From a virus (taxonomy: Duplodnaviria; Caudoviricetes), in IMG/VR virus record IMGVR_UViG_3300014205_000177, positions 96,001-160,000 of that record: 64,000 nt of DNA, one strand, 5' to 3'. Below the pieces are notes generated by a model that was not told the DNA's origin, ran no database searches, and saw only the letters and a program-made list of their open reading frames with translations. Positions 62,657 through 64,000 of the stretch are shown here, in pieces. Every line of letters starts with the position of its first letter. Position 1 is the stretch's first letter. Made by a program: the position numbers and the translations under genes.

Positions 62657-62732
62657 GGGTTGATAGCAAACGTGGTCAATGCATACCGTTGAAGCCGGTA
62701 CTACTTCGGTTCAATTCCGAATCAACCCACCA
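62657..62732 (+). tRNA. tRNA-Phe(GAA)
   Basis: TACCG-TTGAAGC-CGGTA, CCA. Confidence 0.9.
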
Positions 62733-62742
62733 GTTTATGTGA

Positions 62743-62833
62743 GCAAGGTTGTCTTAGCGGCTTGAGAAACCGACTTTTAATCGGTCAGAGGGTAATGCCT
62801 CGTAGGTGGGTTCGACTCCCACACCTTGCACCA
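62743..62833 (+). tRNA. tRNA-Lys(TTT), long variable arm
   Basis: ACCGA-CTTTTAA-TCGGT; GAGG..CCTC variable stem; CCA. Confidence 0.85.
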
Positions 62834-62844
62834 TTTTATAGTAT

Positions 62845-62929
62845 GCGTCGATGTCATAGCGGTTGTGAGGCTGACTCTTAATCAGTGAGAGAAATCTCTA
62901 GGTGGGTTCAACTCCCACTCGGCGCACCA
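62845..62929 (+). tRNA. tRNA-Lys(CTT), long variable arm
   Basis: GCTGA-CTCTTAA-TCAGT; GAGA-GAAA-TCTC variable stem; CCA. Confidence 0.85.
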
Positions 62930-62941
62930 AGTTTTTTGTGT

Positions 62942-63015
62942 ATGTCTATAGTTCAATAGTAGAACGGGAGTCTCCAAAACTCTTGACGAGGGGGCAGTAC
63001 CTTCTAGACATGCCA
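62942..63015 (+). tRNA. tRNA-Trp(CCA)
   Basis: GGAGT-CTCCAAA-ACTCT, G73, T-loop GGCAGTA, CCA. Confidence 0.9.
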
Positions 63016-63024
63016 GTTTTATAT

Positions 63025-63100
63025 GCGCTGTTAGCTCAGTTGGAAGAGCCCAAAAATACGAATTTTGAGGTCGGGGATTCGAATTCTCCACGGCGCACCA
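63025..63100 (+). tRNA. tRNA-Arg(ACG)
   Basis: CAAAA-ATACGAA-TTTTG, CCA. Confidence 0.9.
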
Positions 63101-63107
63101 TTTTCAT

Positions 63108-63183
63108 TGGCGTATCATATAACGGTCAATTATGTGAGACTGATATTCTCATCACCAAGGTTCAACTCCTTGTACGCCAACCA
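63108..63183 (+). tRNA. tRNA-Ile(GAT)
   Basis: TGAGA-CTGATAT-TCTCA, CCA. Confidence 0.9.
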
Positions 63184-63192
63184 GTTATACAT

Positions 63193-63268
63193 ATTCGGTT
63201 AGTTTAGCGGCTAGAACAATACGTTGACATCGTATAAATCATGGGTTCGATTCCCATACCGAATACCA
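63193..63268 (+). tRNA. tRNA-Val(GAC)
   Basis: ATACG-TTGACAT-CGTAT, CCA. Confidence 0.95.
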
Positions 63269-63276
63269 GTTTTCAT

Positions 63277-63350
63277 GCGAATATAGTACAGTAGCAGTAT
63301 TTGACGTTGCCAACGTTAGGACGAGGGTGCAATTCCCTCTATTCGCACCA
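63277..63350 (+). tRNA. tRNA-Gly(GCC)
   Basis: TGACG-TTGCCAA-CGTTA, A73, CCA. Confidence 0.9.
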
Positions 63351-63380
63351 TTTTTTGCAACGAAAAATATAATCTTTATG

Positions 63381-63408
63381 TTGCAAAACCAAGATATTGT
63401 GCTATACT
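63381..63408 (+). promoter_or_regulatory. Promoter of the tRNA-like ncRNA
   Basis: TTGCAA-N16 (ending TGC)-TATACT. Confidence 0.7.
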
Positions 63409-63414
63409 ATCAAT

Positions 63415-63538
63415 GGCGGTTTAGAGAAAGGTTCATCGCCCTCTAACAAGGGAGGGATTGCAGTAGATTCACCGTGGAAGAAAAGTACATCAGTGAAGGA
63501 ACCAATCCAATGTTTTTTCGATAAAACAATCGCCACCA
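63415..63538 (+). ncRNA. 124-nt RNA with tRNA-like acceptor stem, T-like arm and CCA end
   Basis: GGCGGTT/AATCGCC-A-CCA; TGTTT..TTCGAT..AAACA arm; internal stems TAGAG/CTCTA, GGATTG/CAATCC, TTCAC/GTGAA. Confidence 0.65.
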
Positions 63539-63539
63539 T

Positions 63540-63567
63540 TTGACATTTATAAAAATCATGCTATTGT
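63540..63567 (+). promoter_or_regulatory. Sigma-70-type promoter
   Basis: TTGACA-N16 (ending TGC)-TATTGT. Confidence 0.65.
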
Positions 63568-63596
63568 ACCTCAACAAACTAAAAAGGAGATATGCA

Positions 63597-63995
63597 ATGT
63601 GTATCAAAATCAAGGCGATGGAAAATGGAGTAATGATTCAAAGCAGAGAAGAATATGAAGATATAATGGATATTCTATTGGATGCAGGTCTTCGGACAGT
63701 GAGTGGAAAATATTTTGGAGAATGTGACTGGTTTAATGAAACCGGAACCGAAACAGTTATAGATTTGAGAAATCTGGAGTCTATTGCATATGGTGAATAT
63801 CAGTATTTTATTGATAATGATATCCCGGTTTGTAATTTCCAGGATTTTCTTACAGAACAGGGTTTAACACCAAACGGATGCATTAGCGGTGAACAACAGA
63901 TATTTATGCGTAGGGCAAAGTTGAAATGTCCAAAAATGAAAAAGAAAGAAATCAGAAGACTTGCAAAGGCAATCGTGAGGGAGATGAACAAATGA
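63597..63995 (+). CDS. Hypothetical protein
   Basis: Start moved to ATG 63597 (SD AAGGAG). Confidence 0.65.
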   Translation: MCIKIKAMENGVMIQSREEYEDIMDILLDAGLRTVSGKYFGECDWFNETGTETVIDLRNLESIAYGEYQYFIDNDIPVCNFQDFLTEQGLTPNGCISGEQQIFMRRAKLKCPKMKKKEIRRLAKAIVREMNK

Positions 63996-64000
63996 AAGCA

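Noticed and set aside
63415-63538. tmRNA
   Set aside because: No G3:U70 pair, no tag ORF, and far too short.

Overview
This window is from an AT-rich, large tailed dsDNA phage using the standard genetic code (TAG ends several genes). Positions 1-55.2 kb are a minus-strand morphogenesis arm. It holds a sigma-70-family factor, a LamG/FN3 virion protein, an intein-containing terminase large subunit, portal, protease, scaffold, capsid, neck and tail-tube genes, tail chaperones, a 5587-aa tape measure protein and large tail-tip proteins; no tail sheath was recognised. A CTAG-rich non-coding repeat region at 55.5-55.8 kb marks the strand switch. The plus-strand arm carries two tRNA arrays (21 assignable tRNAs plus tRNA-like oddities), endonucleases, a PTH2-like protein and a dCMP deaminase. 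Main finding: each tRNA array sits behind an unannotated short leader ORF with an overlapping antiterminator/terminator. The leader codons match the tRNAs of that array (leader 1 MRTMQDMTVATANTNPEN..., leader 2 MMNVFKKISFGRWGFK...). This looks like ribosome-mediated attenuation that turns on phage tRNA arrays when the matching host tRNAs are depleted. A third mini-leader (ATG ATG TAG) precedes the PTH2-like operon. All calls were made by eye, without database searches.
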